A stretch of 64,000 nt of DNA, from positions 1 through 64,000 of the IMG/VR virus record IMGVR_UViG_3300012359_000028. The stretch is one strand, 5' to 3'. This DNA comes from a virus. Below the pieces are notes generated by a model. It worked only from the letters and a program-made list of their open reading frames with translations. It was not told where the DNA came from and did no database searches. Position 1 is the stretch's first letter, and each line of letters opens with the position of its first letter. The translations under genes and the position numbers were made by a program. Positions 1-9,190 of the stretch are shown here, piece after piece.

Positions 1-390
1 GATCTCAAGCAGGGCGACTTCAATAAGCGCAACCAACTTGTGGTTGAAGGAAACATGAAGAAAGGCGGAATCGTTCCGAAGACTGGGCTCTACAAGATGC
101 ATAAGAATGAAGTCGTTCTTCCGGTTCCTACTGTGCTGACCGGCAAAGCCCCAAAGACAGCCCCCGGTGGTAAGAAGACGAAAGTTACTCACGTCAAAAA
201 GGGCAAGAAGTTAAGCGCAGGCGATCAGTCCAAAGTTCACAGCGCGATGTCTGAAGTATTCTCTAAGACTCCAAAAACAGTCAAGGCAACAGGTAAGACC
301 GGTGAAGAGGCCCGCAAGATGAAGGTCGCAATCGGCCTGAGCAAAGCGCGAGCAGCCGGAGCAAAGGTTCCTGAAAATCCGAATAAGTAA
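1..390 (+). CDS. Lys-rich hypothetical phage protein, 5'-partial
   Basis: Frame 1 is open from base 1 (DLKQGDFNKRNQLVVEGNMKKGG...) to TAA at 388-390; very basic composition. Confidence 0.7.
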   Translation, partial: DLKQGDFNKRNQLVVEGNMKKGGIVPKTGLYKMHKNEVVLPVPTVLTGKAPKTAPGGKKTKVTHVKKGKKLSAGDQSKVHSAMSEVFSKTPKTVKATGKTGEEARKMKVAIGLSKARAAGAKVPENPNK

Positions 391-399
391 GGAGCAGTC

Positions 400-786
400 A
401 TGGCATCCTCTATGGTTGTAATTCGTCACGGCCTCCGGCGTGAGCCTGAAGGCGGGACACCGCTGTCAGTCGGCAAAGGCATTATCAATGCGGCAGTGAT
501 TCGGCAAGGTATCACCTATCTGATCAATCAGAATGTCATGAAGTTCAATGATGGCCGCTATCATGCCACAGTCAATACTTTCGGCCTGGCTGATCTGCTC
601 GACGGACTGAGTGAGCACGACGCCGAGAATGCTGGTTTTGAAGTTATCGTGGATAACTCGGTTAAGAAATATCTTTTCGCAGGTCTTCGATGGGAGACGA
701 ATATCAAGGAGATGGACTTGAAGATTTTCGGGCCGAAGTCTAACCCGGAGAATCCATATGTGATTGATCTTTTGAACGAAGAGTAG
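400..786 (+). CDS. hypothetical protein
   Basis: AAGGAG RBS before ATG; tightly packed with neighbours. Confidence 0.7.
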   Translation: MASSMVVIRHGLRREPEGGTPLSVGKGIINAAVIRQGITYLINQNVMKFNDGRYHATVNTFGLADLLDGLSEHDAENAGFEVIVDNSVKKYLFAGLRWETNIKEMDLKIFGPKSNPENPYVIDLLNEE

Positions 787-798
787 TGAGGAGGTAGC

Positions 799-1122
799 AT
801 GGTTCAAGTATTTCAGGATGCAACCAATCCCGAAAAAGTTATGGTGTCAGCAACTGTGACGTTTTGGATTGACAAGATTCTTCTTAGCACTTTGGCCGAT
901 GAACTTGAAAAGAACATTCGGCATCAGGCCATCAAAGATTTGAAACATAACCCGGAAGTTAAGAAAGCAGTTGCCGAAGCAGCTAGCAAGAAATTGTTGA
1001 GTATGCTCGGCGTTGAAGAAACATCAGCAGAAAAGGAGAATAGCAATGAGCAATCCAGCACCCGCACAGGCATTGACAGTAGACAATCTGTACCACAAGA
1101 TCGGGGTTCTCTCGATCAATAA
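799..1122 (+). CDS. hypothetical protein
   Basis: GAGGAGG RBS before ATG. Confidence 0.7.
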   Translation: MVQVFQDATNPEKVMVSATVTFWIDKILLSTLADELEKNIRHQAIKDLKHNPEVKKAVAEAASKKLLSMLGVEETSAEKENSNEQSSTRTGIDSRQSVPQDRGSLDQ

Positions 1123-1288
1123 TGAATTTCTCTCGAATGAAGTTGAGCGTCTGAACATCTGGATCATCACTCGTGTTAAGGAATTTGAGTCTGAGATCGA
1201 TAAGATTGAGGCATCAGCGAAAGTTGATGGTAAGGCTATCTCCGAGGATGTTCAAGCTGTGATCAATCATATCAGGGCGAAACTCTGA
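1046..1288 (+). CDS. hypothetical coiled-coil protein
   Basis: AAGGAG RBS before ATG 1046; stop TGA shares its A with the next ATG. Confidence 0.65.
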   Translation: MSNPAPAQALTVDNLYHKIGVLSINNEFLSNEVERLNIWIITRVKEFESEIDKIEASAKVDGKAISEDVQAVINHIRAKL

Positions 1289-1665
1289 TGGACCCGCAGT
1301 CAGAAGCAACTGAGGTTACGATTGCCCCAATAGAGGCAAATCCCGAGATTGTTCCTGCTCCAGCTAATCAGAATAATTGGCATCTAACTCATAAGCGCGG
1401 GCGTCCGCTAATCGACGATTCGGATTTGTCCCAAGACCCAATGCTTTTGCGTGAGCAAATTAGATTAGTATCGCAACGTCTTCGCCGTCGCGCTTTGTCG
1501 AGCAAAGACTTCATGGCCCTGAATCATCTGCTTCTACAACTTAGGGGTTTGCTTAAGAAACGGCATGACCGATCTGAGAATGGAATTCGTTTTAAGGACA
1601 TTCTACGCGATGAGGCTAAGGCAAAGCGCGAGGCTCTCGCTGCTGATAAGGAAATGAGATCATGA
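1288..1665 (+). CDS. hypothetical protein (possible terminase small subunit, weak)
   Basis: Coupled ORF with a KRGRP motif and helical C-terminus, upstream of terL; function inferred from position only. Confidence 0.5.
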   Translation: MDPQSEATEVTIAPIEANPEIVPAPANQNNWHLTHKRGRPLIDDSDLSQDPMLLREQIRLVSQRLRRRALSSKDFMALNHLLLQLRGLLKKRHDRSENGIRFKDILRDEAKAKREALAADKEMRS

Positions 1666-1901
1666 TGAATAACGACGGTCTTACCGGGAAATCAAAGTCT
1701 GCCAAGAAGGTCAAGGTAGTTAGTCTGGGCTCGAAGGGCTCATTCAAGGTCCATAAGGGAAAACTGCATAAGGCTCTCGGCGTCTCTGAAGGAACTAAGA
1801 TTCCTAAAGAGAAGCTGGCTGCCGCATCGCATTCTAAGACTCCCGCGATTCGTCGAATGGCCGCATCGGCAAAAGGTTTTGCCGCTATGGCTAAACATTA
1901 A
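1662..1901 (+). CDS. small basic phage protein
   Basis: ATGA overlap; Lys/Ala-rich (KGKLHKALGV...IPKEKL). Confidence 0.7.
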   Translation: MMNNDGLTGKSKSAKKVKVVSLGSKGSFKVHKGKLHKALGVSEGTKIPKEKLAAASHSKTPAIRRMAASAKGFAAMAKH

Positions 1902-2064
1902 TTTTATTTGAAGCACTAAAAGGGTTCATCTTCAAGTTTTGATGTATTAAAGGGTTTCTCGGTTCAAGTTTTGCCGTCTGCATAAATTTAATTAAGCAAC
2001 GCTCTTGACCGGAATTCCTGTGCAACTCAGGGTCCGCGTCCGTTAAAACCGGAGCAATAAAATT

Positions 2065-2262
2065 ATGTTCAAAACCATTCTCGATAAATTGCAGGGTCGG
2101 CATACGGCCTTTGCTCTCTTCTTTACAATCTCAGCAACTGTAATGGCGTGGTTTCATCACCTCGATCCAAATTACGTTGCTTTTGTTACTGTAATGCAAG
2201 GCTGGATTTTTGCTCACAGCTTAAAAGAAGATAAATATCGTTCGAATGATTCACAACAGTAA
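2065..2262 (+). CDS. small two-TM membrane protein (holin-like)
   Basis: GGAG RBS; two hydrophobic segments and a charged C-terminus. Confidence 0.55.
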   Translation: MFKTILDKLQGRHTAFALFFTISATVMAWFHHLDPNYVAFVTVMQGWIFAHSLKEDKYRSNDSQQ

Positions 2263-2335
2263 GCCGAACAGAGGACCCGCAAGGGGCGGTTTTGCACGGT
2301 AATGCTCTGTAACTGAGCCGCGCATCGAGATTCCA

Positions 2336-3214
2336 ATGAGGAAGTTCCTAATAGTATCCCTCCTTTCTCTTTTATTGGTGCTGCCGGTTCCAATGACGGC
2401 TAAGCACAAACAATCTGGTCCGTTTAAGGGCTTTGATCCGTATGAAGTTGAGCGTGCCGCTGTCGGTGCGATCTCTATACCGAATCCGAACCCGGCTAAC
2501 GGCGACGGTACGTACGCTGAGATTTGTAGTGGTTCTCTCATTGGTTATGACGATGCTGGTAATGGATTGTTCCTGACGGCACGGCATTGTGTCTGGGATG
2601 ATGACGCGGAAAATGAAGACGGTCCCAACCCTCATTTCATTTTGAATGAAGTTGTGTCGTTTCAAGGAAATCTTAAAGGTCCATATTATCAGACGGAACT
2701 TGCAGAAATTTCCAGCATCGACGATATAGCCCTGCTAGAAGTTATTAACCTTGGTTGGGCATCTCAACCAATCATACCCGAAGTTCTCGAAGACGAACAT
2801 TCCTTGTCTGCGGGTGATCCTGTTGAGAATGTTTCTTTCCCATTAGATATGGGCAAACTTGAGTTTCACGGCAAGTTTGTAGCGTCGGTGTTCCCCCACT
2901 TTTCTCGAAGTCTTCAGAATTATCCACAATGGGCTCGGACGATGCCGGTGGATATCACGATAGGGCACGGGTCTAGTGGCAGCCCGCTCTTCGATTCAAA
3001 GACGCATGAACTGATTGGTGTGATGGTCGGCACGAGTGGTGACGGCGATTTAATGATCGCTGAGCCTACATCCGCGGTGCTGTCAATGTTGGCCGATCTT
3101 CATAGTTTTCCGCAGGTATGGGTACAAGCGCACTTGCCACAGATTAGATTTCGCGTAGCCCCAAAAGACCGGGAGCACGAGAGAAGTCCCTTTATTCCTG
3201 GGCTATTATCATAA
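2336..3214 (+). CDS. trypsin-like (S1) serine protease with N-terminal signal peptide
   Basis: LTARHC (His), DDIALL (Asp), GHGSSGSPLF (Ser); hydrophobic leader MRKFLIVSLLSLLLVLPVPMTA. Confidence 0.85.
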   Translation: MRKFLIVSLLSLLLVLPVPMTAKHKQSGPFKGFDPYEVERAAVGAISIPNPNPANGDGTYAEICSGSLIGYDDAGNGLFLTARHCVWDDDAENEDGPNPHFILNEVVSFQGNLKGPYYQTELAEISSIDDIALLEVINLGWASQPIIPEVLEDEHSLSAGDPVENVSFPLDMGKLEFHGKFVASVFPHFSRSLQNYPQWARTMPVDITIGHGSSGSPLFDSKTHELIGVMVGTSGDGDLMIAEPTSAVLSMLADLHSFPQVWVQAHLPQIRFRVAPKDREHERSPFIPGLLS

Positions 3215-3239
3215 TTTTGATTTTGTTTCTGATCATCGG

Positions 3240-4916
3240 TTGACTATGGCATTAAAAACGGAAGCGCAGTTAAGAATTGAGGAAGGTCGGCAGCGATGTA
3301 AGACCGACAAGCAGTATCTATCCGAAGTCCTTGGTTACGATTTCGTTCCTGCGGTACATGCTGAGTTGTGGAAGCAATTTTTCTCCTATGATGATCATAA
3401 GCAGTGGGCGAAGCAGTCAGACATCGCCAAGATTTTGATCCTGTGGCCTCGCGGTCATTACAAAACGACGGCTGTGATTGTAGACATCATTCAGGCGATT
3501 TTGAATTTTCCCGACATTCGCATTCTGATTATGCGGGGTAGTATCCAGATCACTAAGGCTTGGATGAATGAGATTCGAGCGCACTTTGTCGGCAAAAATC
3601 CAAATTCTCATCTTGAGGATTTCTTTCCTGAGTTTTGTACTGACGGTGAACTCGGCAACGCAATGTCCTTTACGGTACCAGCCCGGCTGAATATGGGGCT
3701 GGCGCAAGCGACGGTAACGGTAGCTTCACCGCATTCGATAAAGACCGGTACTCACTATGATATCGGTTTCTTTGATGATCTTGTCAATGACCAGAATTAT
3801 AGGTCAGTAACAAAGTTGGCACGAGTCCAACAAGATTTCTTTGCCTGTTTGCCTTTGTTGGACCCGCCATTCTATGCGGTGATGACTGGAACTCGCTACG
3901 CATTCGGGGATACATATGAGAATGTAATGCGTAACAATCTGAAAGGCGAGTGGAGAATAAGTTTTCGAATTTGTTGGGTTGATGAGAAGCACACGATACC
4001 GCTGTTCCCACAGCAGGAATCGAGAGATAAAAAGAAACTGATCGGCTTCACGCGAGAACAACTTGAGTTCATGCGTGATAGCGATCCTGAGATGTTCGCA
4101 TCTCAGTATTTGAATCAACCGATTCAGAAGGGCGGCCAGCGGTTCACTAAGGCTCTGTTGACTTCATGTGTAGTCAAGTGGTTTGATCAGACAGGCCAGA
4201 GTGTGAATCGGGCAAGAGCCCTTCCAGAATTAGTAGTCGGGAATTTAAGCCCGGCTGTTTTCTTTATTGATCTCGCCAGCACAGATTCTGAAGAGTCCGA
4301 CGACTCGTGCATTGTAATAGGCAAGCACGATTTGAAGATGACTCAATATGTAGTGGACGTTCGGGGTGGTAGATGGCTTCCCCCAATGTTTGCGGAGCAG
4401 GTGATCCTTGCGGCGCTCGAATACCGACCAACCACGATTTACCTTGAGAAGTCGAGTTCTTGTATTTATTTTATGGATTACTTGCGTCTTGTTGCTCGTG
4501 ACAAGAAAGTTTTTCTCCCTTTGGACTTCTTGAAGATCGATCAGAAGAAGGATGCGAAGTATACTCGTATCGCCAGTCTTCAAGGACTGATGCAATACAA
4601 AAAACTTCGGTTCTTCGATGGTATCTTGCAGTGGGAGAAAGTCGTTCAACAGTTTGAGATGTTTCCGGGTGGTAAGCACAAGCACGATGATTATGCTGAC
4701 ACAATAGCCTTGTTCGCTACCCATATGGTCGGTCAGATGAGCACTGAACCGATTCGACCTAGTATCAACCCGATACTCGAAATGGCTCGACAGCAGACAC
4801 TAAGTGATCAAATTCTTGAGCGCCAAAAGATTCAAGCAGACCCGAGCGACGGATTTGATGCGTTTGCTTCACCTTGGTCAGTAGTTCAAGGGACAATAAA
4901 TATAATTCCTGACTGA
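3240..4916 (+). CDS. terL: terminase large subunit
   Basis: Walker A PRGHYKTT, Walker B FFDDL, coupling motif MTGTRY, nuclease acidic motifs FIDLA and HDDYAD; upstream of portal. Confidence 0.9.
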   Translation: MTMALKTEAQLRIEEGRQRCKTDKQYLSEVLGYDFVPAVHAELWKQFFSYDDHKQWAKQSDIAKILILWPRGHYKTTAVIVDIIQAILNFPDIRILIMRGSIQITKAWMNEIRAHFVGKNPNSHLEDFFPEFCTDGELGNAMSFTVPARLNMGLAQATVTVASPHSIKTGTHYDIGFFDDLVNDQNYRSVTKLARVQQDFFACLPLLDPPFYAVMTGTRYAFGDTYENVMRNNLKGEWRISFRICWVDEKHTIPLFPQQESRDKKKLIGFTREQLEFMRDSDPEMFASQYLNQPIQKGGQRFTKALLTSCVVKWFDQTGQSVNRARALPELVVGNLSPAVFFIDLASTDSEESDDSCIVIGKHDLKMTQYVVDVRGGRWLPPMFAEQVILAALEYRPTTIYLEKSSSCIYFMDYLRLVARDKKVFLPLDFLKIDQKKDAKYTRIASLQGLMQYKKLRFFDGILQWEKVVQQFEMFPGGKHKHDDYADTIALFATHMVGQMSTEPIRPSINPILEMARQQTLSDQILERQKIQADPSDGFDAFASPWSVVQGTINIIPD

Positions 4917-4932
4917 TTATACAGGAGAACAG

Positions 4933-5238
4933 ATGGCTTATAGGGATAAGCAGAAGTCGAAGGACTGGCGGGATAGAAATAAAGAAAATCGACGGATTTA
5001 CAATGAATCATGCCCGATTCTCCATATAAAACTTACACATGATGGAAATCGTGATCATAGCCCATCATTGGATAGGATTATACCTCAGAAAGGTTATGTG
5101 AAAGGGAACGTCCAAGTTATTTCTTTGCGAGCTAACCGAATTAAGAGTGACGCCACTCTAGAAGAATTGGAACGTATAGTTGAAAATTTGAGGAGTCATC
5201 TATGTCCGGCGGTACAATCGACAACACTGCTGGAATAG
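4933..5238 (+). CDS. HNH homing endonuclease (short, probably internally deleted)
   Basis: CPIL...SPSLDRIIPQKGYVKGNVQVISLRANRIKSD motif; overlaps the portal start. Confidence 0.8.
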   Translation: MAYRDKQKSKDWRDRNKENRRIYNESCPILHIKLTHDGNRDHSPSLDRIIPQKGYVKGNVQVISLRANRIKSDATLEELERIVENLRSHLCPAVQSTTLLE

Positions 5239-7289
5239 GTAGCGGCGGTGGGTTTGCCAACCTTCCTGAAGCAGTTAATCAAGGTGCTGCGCTGTCCGCA
5301 GTGTCCCCCGTCTTAGAGGAAAATACGGCGTTCCACGGTGAGGAATTTACCGATGAGACGGCGATGGGGCTAGTTCTTACTGATGTCTCGGCGGGAATTG
5401 CATTCCTTCAGTCAAAGGCTTTACTGCCAGCGTTAGTTGATACCTCAAATGATTTGATTTTTGGGCTCCAGAAGCCCCGTGTATGGGCTGATGGCAAGCC
5501 TCGGGCGAACCTTCCGATCTATGCTGTTATGGAAGGCATTGAGAAGCTGATGCCTGTGTTCTACATGAGTTTGTTTGGAACTGGTAAGCGCCGACCGTTT
5601 GTAATTACGCCTGTGGGGAAGACAACACCAGAGGCGGCTCGTGCAAAAGCGTCGGTTCTGGCTTGGGCTATTAAGCAGGCCGGGCTCAAAGAAGAGATGC
5701 GGTTGACACTTAAGCAATGCCTCAGTTATGGCTTTTGTGTTGGTTGGTGGGGTTGGGAGCAAAAGAATGTTCGTGAGCGAGTTTACTCGAAGAACCAGGC
5801 TGGCCGGGTAAAAGGTATCTGGAAAGACATTCTGTTGAACTTGCCTAAGTTCGAGAACATTGATTTGAAGAGTTTCTCTTTTGATCCCCAGTGCAAACGG
5901 CAAAATGTTGCCGATGGCGCACGATGGATTGCCAAGCAGGTGATGATCACTGCTAACACTCTGGATGATTGGCGCGAAGATACTGATACTTACGGTAAAC
6001 CCGAAATAGATTCCGAAGGTAAAAAAACCGGAAAGAGAATTAGCCGTATTCCTGATCGTGAGACGTTGCGTAAGGTTCTTGCGACTGATCGGGAACAGAC
6101 TGAAGACACATTTGCGAGTCAAAAGCGCGCTGTATGGCGTGAATTTCAAGCACAGTTAGATTCTGAAGGTTCTTCGGCTGATCCGCTGATGAAGCCTTTG
6201 GAGTACATCGAATACTGGTCAGAAAATCACGTTATCGGTATTTTGCAGCGGAAATTAGTCATTCGGAATGGTGAGAATGAGTACGGTGAAATTCCTGGAC
6301 GCACGTGCGCATTTATCGACGTGCTAGGCAGTGCATGGGGTTTCGGCGTTGCTCGATTACTGGCCGGTGAGCAAAGATTTCAGGCTGGTGTAGCGAATAG
6401 TTGGATTGATTCGTTAGCTCTAGTTCTTAATCCAGTTTTCCAAGCCTTAAAAGGTGTGGGACCAGGAACGCAGAACATTCCACTAGCTCCTGGGCGTGTT
6501 ATCACTGAGACTTCAGAATTGAAGCCTTTGGTGACGCCAGATGTTAGCGGTGCCGCTGTCGCTGCAATGGCAAATTCGGAAGCACGGGCATCGAAGCGCA
6601 TTGGCGCGGAGGGCGGAGTAAATCTCCCGACTCAAGCATTGCGCACAGGTTCTGGTGTGCAGGCTTTGACGGGTGATGTTATTCAGCGCTTGCAATACTT
6701 CCTTGAAATTTTTATCAATATGATCTATCTCCCTACTCTGGAAAAGTTCATGCTGTTATGCATGGAGCATCTCCAACCAGAAGACATCAATCGCATTCTT
6801 ACTGAAGAAGAAGGTAAAGAGTGGGGCGGTGATATCGTTGATATCTATAATGCCCAGATTGGTATAGATGTTTTGGCTGGCGCTGATTTGACTGCTCGGG
6901 CTGCTTCGGCTCAATTGGCTCCACTGATTATTCAGTTATTGAGCGCCCCGGCCGTTCAATCATCATTGCAAGTTCAAGCCATGAAGTTCGATTATGCGAA
7001 CTGGGCGGCGGATATGCTTGATGCTCAAGGATTCGACGTTGATCACTACTTCCGAAAGATGACCGAGGACGACCTGAAGCGTATGCAGGAACAAAACACC
7101 GCTTACGCAAAAGGTCAGCAAGATCAGGTTACGGAGAGTCTCAAGCATCAGAATGATTTAGAGAATATAAATGAGAAGGGTACGGTTCAGGCGGGCGTAG
7201 CGCTTGTAAAGAAAGCGGCCGAATCCCATTTGAATATGGCACAGGATGCACTTTCTCAAATGACTGAAGGACAGGCACCACAGCAATAA
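5202..7289 (+). CDS. portal protein
   Basis: 695 aa directly after terL; GAGGAG RBS; WGFGV...GEQR motif and Q-rich helical tail typical of podoviral portals. Confidence 0.8.
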   Translation: MSGGTIDNTAGIGSGGGFANLPEAVNQGAALSAVSPVLEENTAFHGEEFTDETAMGLVLTDVSAGIAFLQSKALLPALVDTSNDLIFGLQKPRVWADGKPRANLPIYAVMEGIEKLMPVFYMSLFGTGKRRPFVITPVGKTTPEAARAKASVLAWAIKQAGLKEEMRLTLKQCLSYGFCVGWWGWEQKNVRERVYSKNQAGRVKGIWKDILLNLPKFENIDLKSFSFDPQCKRQNVADGARWIAKQVMITANTLDDWREDTDTYGKPEIDSEGKKTGKRISRIPDRETLRKVLATDREQTEDTFASQKRAVWREFQAQLDSEGSSADPLMKPLEYIEYWSENHVIGILQRKLVIRNGENEYGEIPGRTCAFIDVLGSAWGFGVARLLAGEQRFQAGVANSWIDSLALVLNPVFQALKGVGPGTQNIPLAPGRVITETSELKPLVTPDVSGAAVAAMANSEARASKRIGAEGGVNLPTQALRTGSGVQALTGDVIQRLQYFLEIFINMIYLPTLEKFMLLCMEHLQPEDINRILTEEEGKEWGGDIVDIYNAQIGIDVLAGADLTARAASAQLAPLIIQLLSAPAVQSSLQVQAMKFDYANWAADMLDAQGFDVDHYFRKMTEDDLKRMQEQNTAYAKGQQDQVTESLKHQNDLENINEKGTVQAGVALVKKAAESHLNMAQDALSQMTEGQAPQQ

Positions 7290-7301
7290 AGGAGGGTTCA
7301 A

Positions 7302-7475
7302 TTGAGTTATGACACGTATCGTCCTGAATGGGACCCGTTCTTTAGCGAATCTTGGATTCGGAAAATTGAGAATCCTCGAATAGACTGGGGCGACCGAGGC
7401 GCTGATCCTAAATCGAATCGAAGAGTTAATCTTTCTATTCCAGTTCCAGTTCCGAAAGATGAAAGTCCGAAGTAA
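7302..7475 (+). CDS. small hypothetical protein (57 aa, not in ORF track)
   Basis: AAGGAGG RBS, TTG start, MSYDTYRPEWDPFF...DESPK*; fills the gap between portal and next gene. Confidence 0.6.
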   Translation: MSYDTYRPEWDPFFSESWIRKIENPRIDWGDRGADPKSNRRVNLSIPVPVPKDESPK

Positions 7476-7487
7476 CAGGAGAAGAGC

Positions 7488-7850
7488 ATGTCCGAGCAAA
7501 AAATTTTGACACCGGAGCAGATCGTTATTGCAGTGGAACAAGCGCGACTGAAGGCAGACCGCGATCGATTGTTGGCAGTTAAAGTTGCATTGGTTGAAAC
7601 ATCGAGGACCCAAGGGTGGTCCTATATAAAGAAAATTGCGGATAACATCGTTCAAACTTCATTACAGCATTCTCTGAATGTTGAGGATGAAACTGAGAGT
7701 GAACGGTTTCGTATTGAGACTCGCGTTGCGAGAAAGGTTTTTGGACAACTATTTGGGGTGATTGAGACTACTTTAGATTTCGGTACTGAGTCTGAACCCG
7801 ACTGGTTTTCAGAACTAGGATCAGATTTTCCATCAGGAATTTCGGAATAA
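7488..7850 (+). CDS. conserved-type small protein between portal and scaffold
   Basis: AGGAG RBS; T.GW motif; position. Confidence 0.65.
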   Translation: MSEQKILTPEQIVIAVEQARLKADRDRLLAVKVALVETSRTQGWSYIKKIADNIVQTSLQHSLNVEDETESERFRIETRVARKVFGQLFGVIETTLDFGTESEPDWFSELGSDFPSGISE

Positions 7851-7882
7851 TAATGAATTTGGCAACACAAAGGAGAACGTAA

Positions 7883-9019
7883 ATGGCAACCCCGAAGAAA
7901 TCTGACGCTGAATTAGAAGGAATGTCTCTGGAAGAGTTGCGTCAACTCGCCGTAGAAGAGGCAGAAGAAATTGAGATTGAGGCTGCAAAAGCAGTTGCTG
8001 AACAAGAAGCCGCCGATGCGATTGCTGCTGAGAAAGCAGCGGCTGTAGCAACAGAAACTTCCGAGGAAAAAGCAACTCGTGAGGCTGCTGAAGTGGAGGC
8101 TGCTAAAGTTGCTGAGAAAGAGGCCGCCGAGAAGGAAGCCGCTGAGAAGACCGAGCAGGAGCGAGACGTGCAGGGCCGGTTTAAGAAGGTTGAGCCTCCC
8201 GTGCCGCCTGAAGATGAGCCGGACGAATATATTTTTCGCCGGGAGATTGATCTTGGCGACGGCACTGGCGTTCAAGTCTTTGAAGGACGTGGTGAGACTG
8301 AACTTGATGCCATCAAAGAATTGAATGATAAGTTGGTTGTGGCTCAAGAGAATGCCACACGAGAACTTCGGACAATTCAAAAGAAACATCCGAAAGAGCC
8401 CACGCCTCCCGCAGAGCCCGCGATCAGTGAAGACATGGAGTACGTTTTCAAACAGCAGTTTGATAAGAAACCCTCTGAGGCATTCAAATCCATGTTCAAG
8501 GAACTAACCGGTATGGATATCGGGGAGTTCAAAACATGGCAGGCCGCGCAACGTGCTGCTGAAGAGGCTCGCACCTCCCAGGAAAAAAGTCTGGGAATCC
8601 AAAGAGAATTCGTATCGGCCCATCCCGAGTACATCACGTCTGAAGAGAATGGAAATAAGATTAGGGATTGGGTTCAGTCACACAATTACAACGAGTTTAC
8701 CCAGGAAAATCTGGAGAAGGCTTTTGAGGACCTTAGTGGGAGTGGATTACTCACACTGAAGACTGATGGAGCGAGCGCGCCCACGAAAACGGAAGTCAAA
8801 ACGGAAGTCAAGGCTGCTCGGATTGAGACGCCTGTGACGGAAGTGGTGACAGAAGTTCCGCAGGTACGAAGCCCAAAGAAGGCGAGCACTGTTTCCTCTA
8901 AGGGAAGCCCTGCACCGGTCATCAAGACCGAGCCGACTGAGGACGAAGCGTATACTATGCCGCTTGAGCAACTCAAAGCATTGGCTGAGAAGCAATTGCG
9001 AGAAGCCAATCGAGCATAA
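7883..9019 (+). CDS. capsid scaffolding protein
   Basis: Very acidic, Ala/Glu-rich, helical, immediately upstream of the capsid gene; similar MSLEELRQLA and MPLEQLKALA motifs at the two ends. Confidence 0.7.
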   Translation: MATPKKSDAELEGMSLEELRQLAVEEAEEIEIEAAKAVAEQEAADAIAAEKAAAVATETSEEKATREAAEVEAAKVAEKEAAEKEAAEKTEQERDVQGRFKKVEPPVPPEDEPDEYIFRREIDLGDGTGVQVFEGRGETELDAIKELNDKLVVAQENATRELRTIQKKHPKEPTPPAEPAISEDMEYVFKQQFDKKPSEAFKSMFKELTGMDIGEFKTWQAAQRAAEEARTSQEKSLGIQREFVSAHPEYITSEENGNKIRDWVQSHNYNEFTQENLEKAFEDLSGSGLLTLKTDGASAPTKTEVKTEVKAARIETPVTEVVTEVPQVRSPKKASTVSSKGSPAPVIKTEPTEDEAYTMPLEQLKALAEKQLREANRA

Positions 9020-9052
9020 ATCGCTTATCTCACTTCATGAAGGTGAATTACT

Positions 9053-9190
9053 ATGGCACTACCTACCGCCGCCTCCGTTATTTCTAGCGGACTTGCGGCT
9101 TACCCGACGGTCTACTATGACCGTGTGGCGCTTGATACGCTGTATGCCAACTTGTTTGGCTATGCAGCTTGCGATTTGAAGATCATGCCT
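9053..9190 (+). CDS. major capsid protein, exon 1 (46 codons)
   Basis: AAGGTG RBS, MALPTAASVISSGLAAYPTVYYDRVALDTLYANLFGYAACDLKIMP; unspliced reading stops 2 codons into the intron. Confidence 0.85.

Noticed and set aside
5445-6149. Long antisense ORFs opposite portal and other genes (also 17198-17815, 49373-50185, 52224-52883)
   Set aside because: They lie opposite well-supported genes and lack RBS and motifs, so they are treated as shadow ORFs.
8786-8809. Exact 12-bp tandem repeat AAAACGGAAGTC
   Set aside because: In-frame KTEV duplication in a low-complexity scaffold linker; not a CRISPR or regulatory array.
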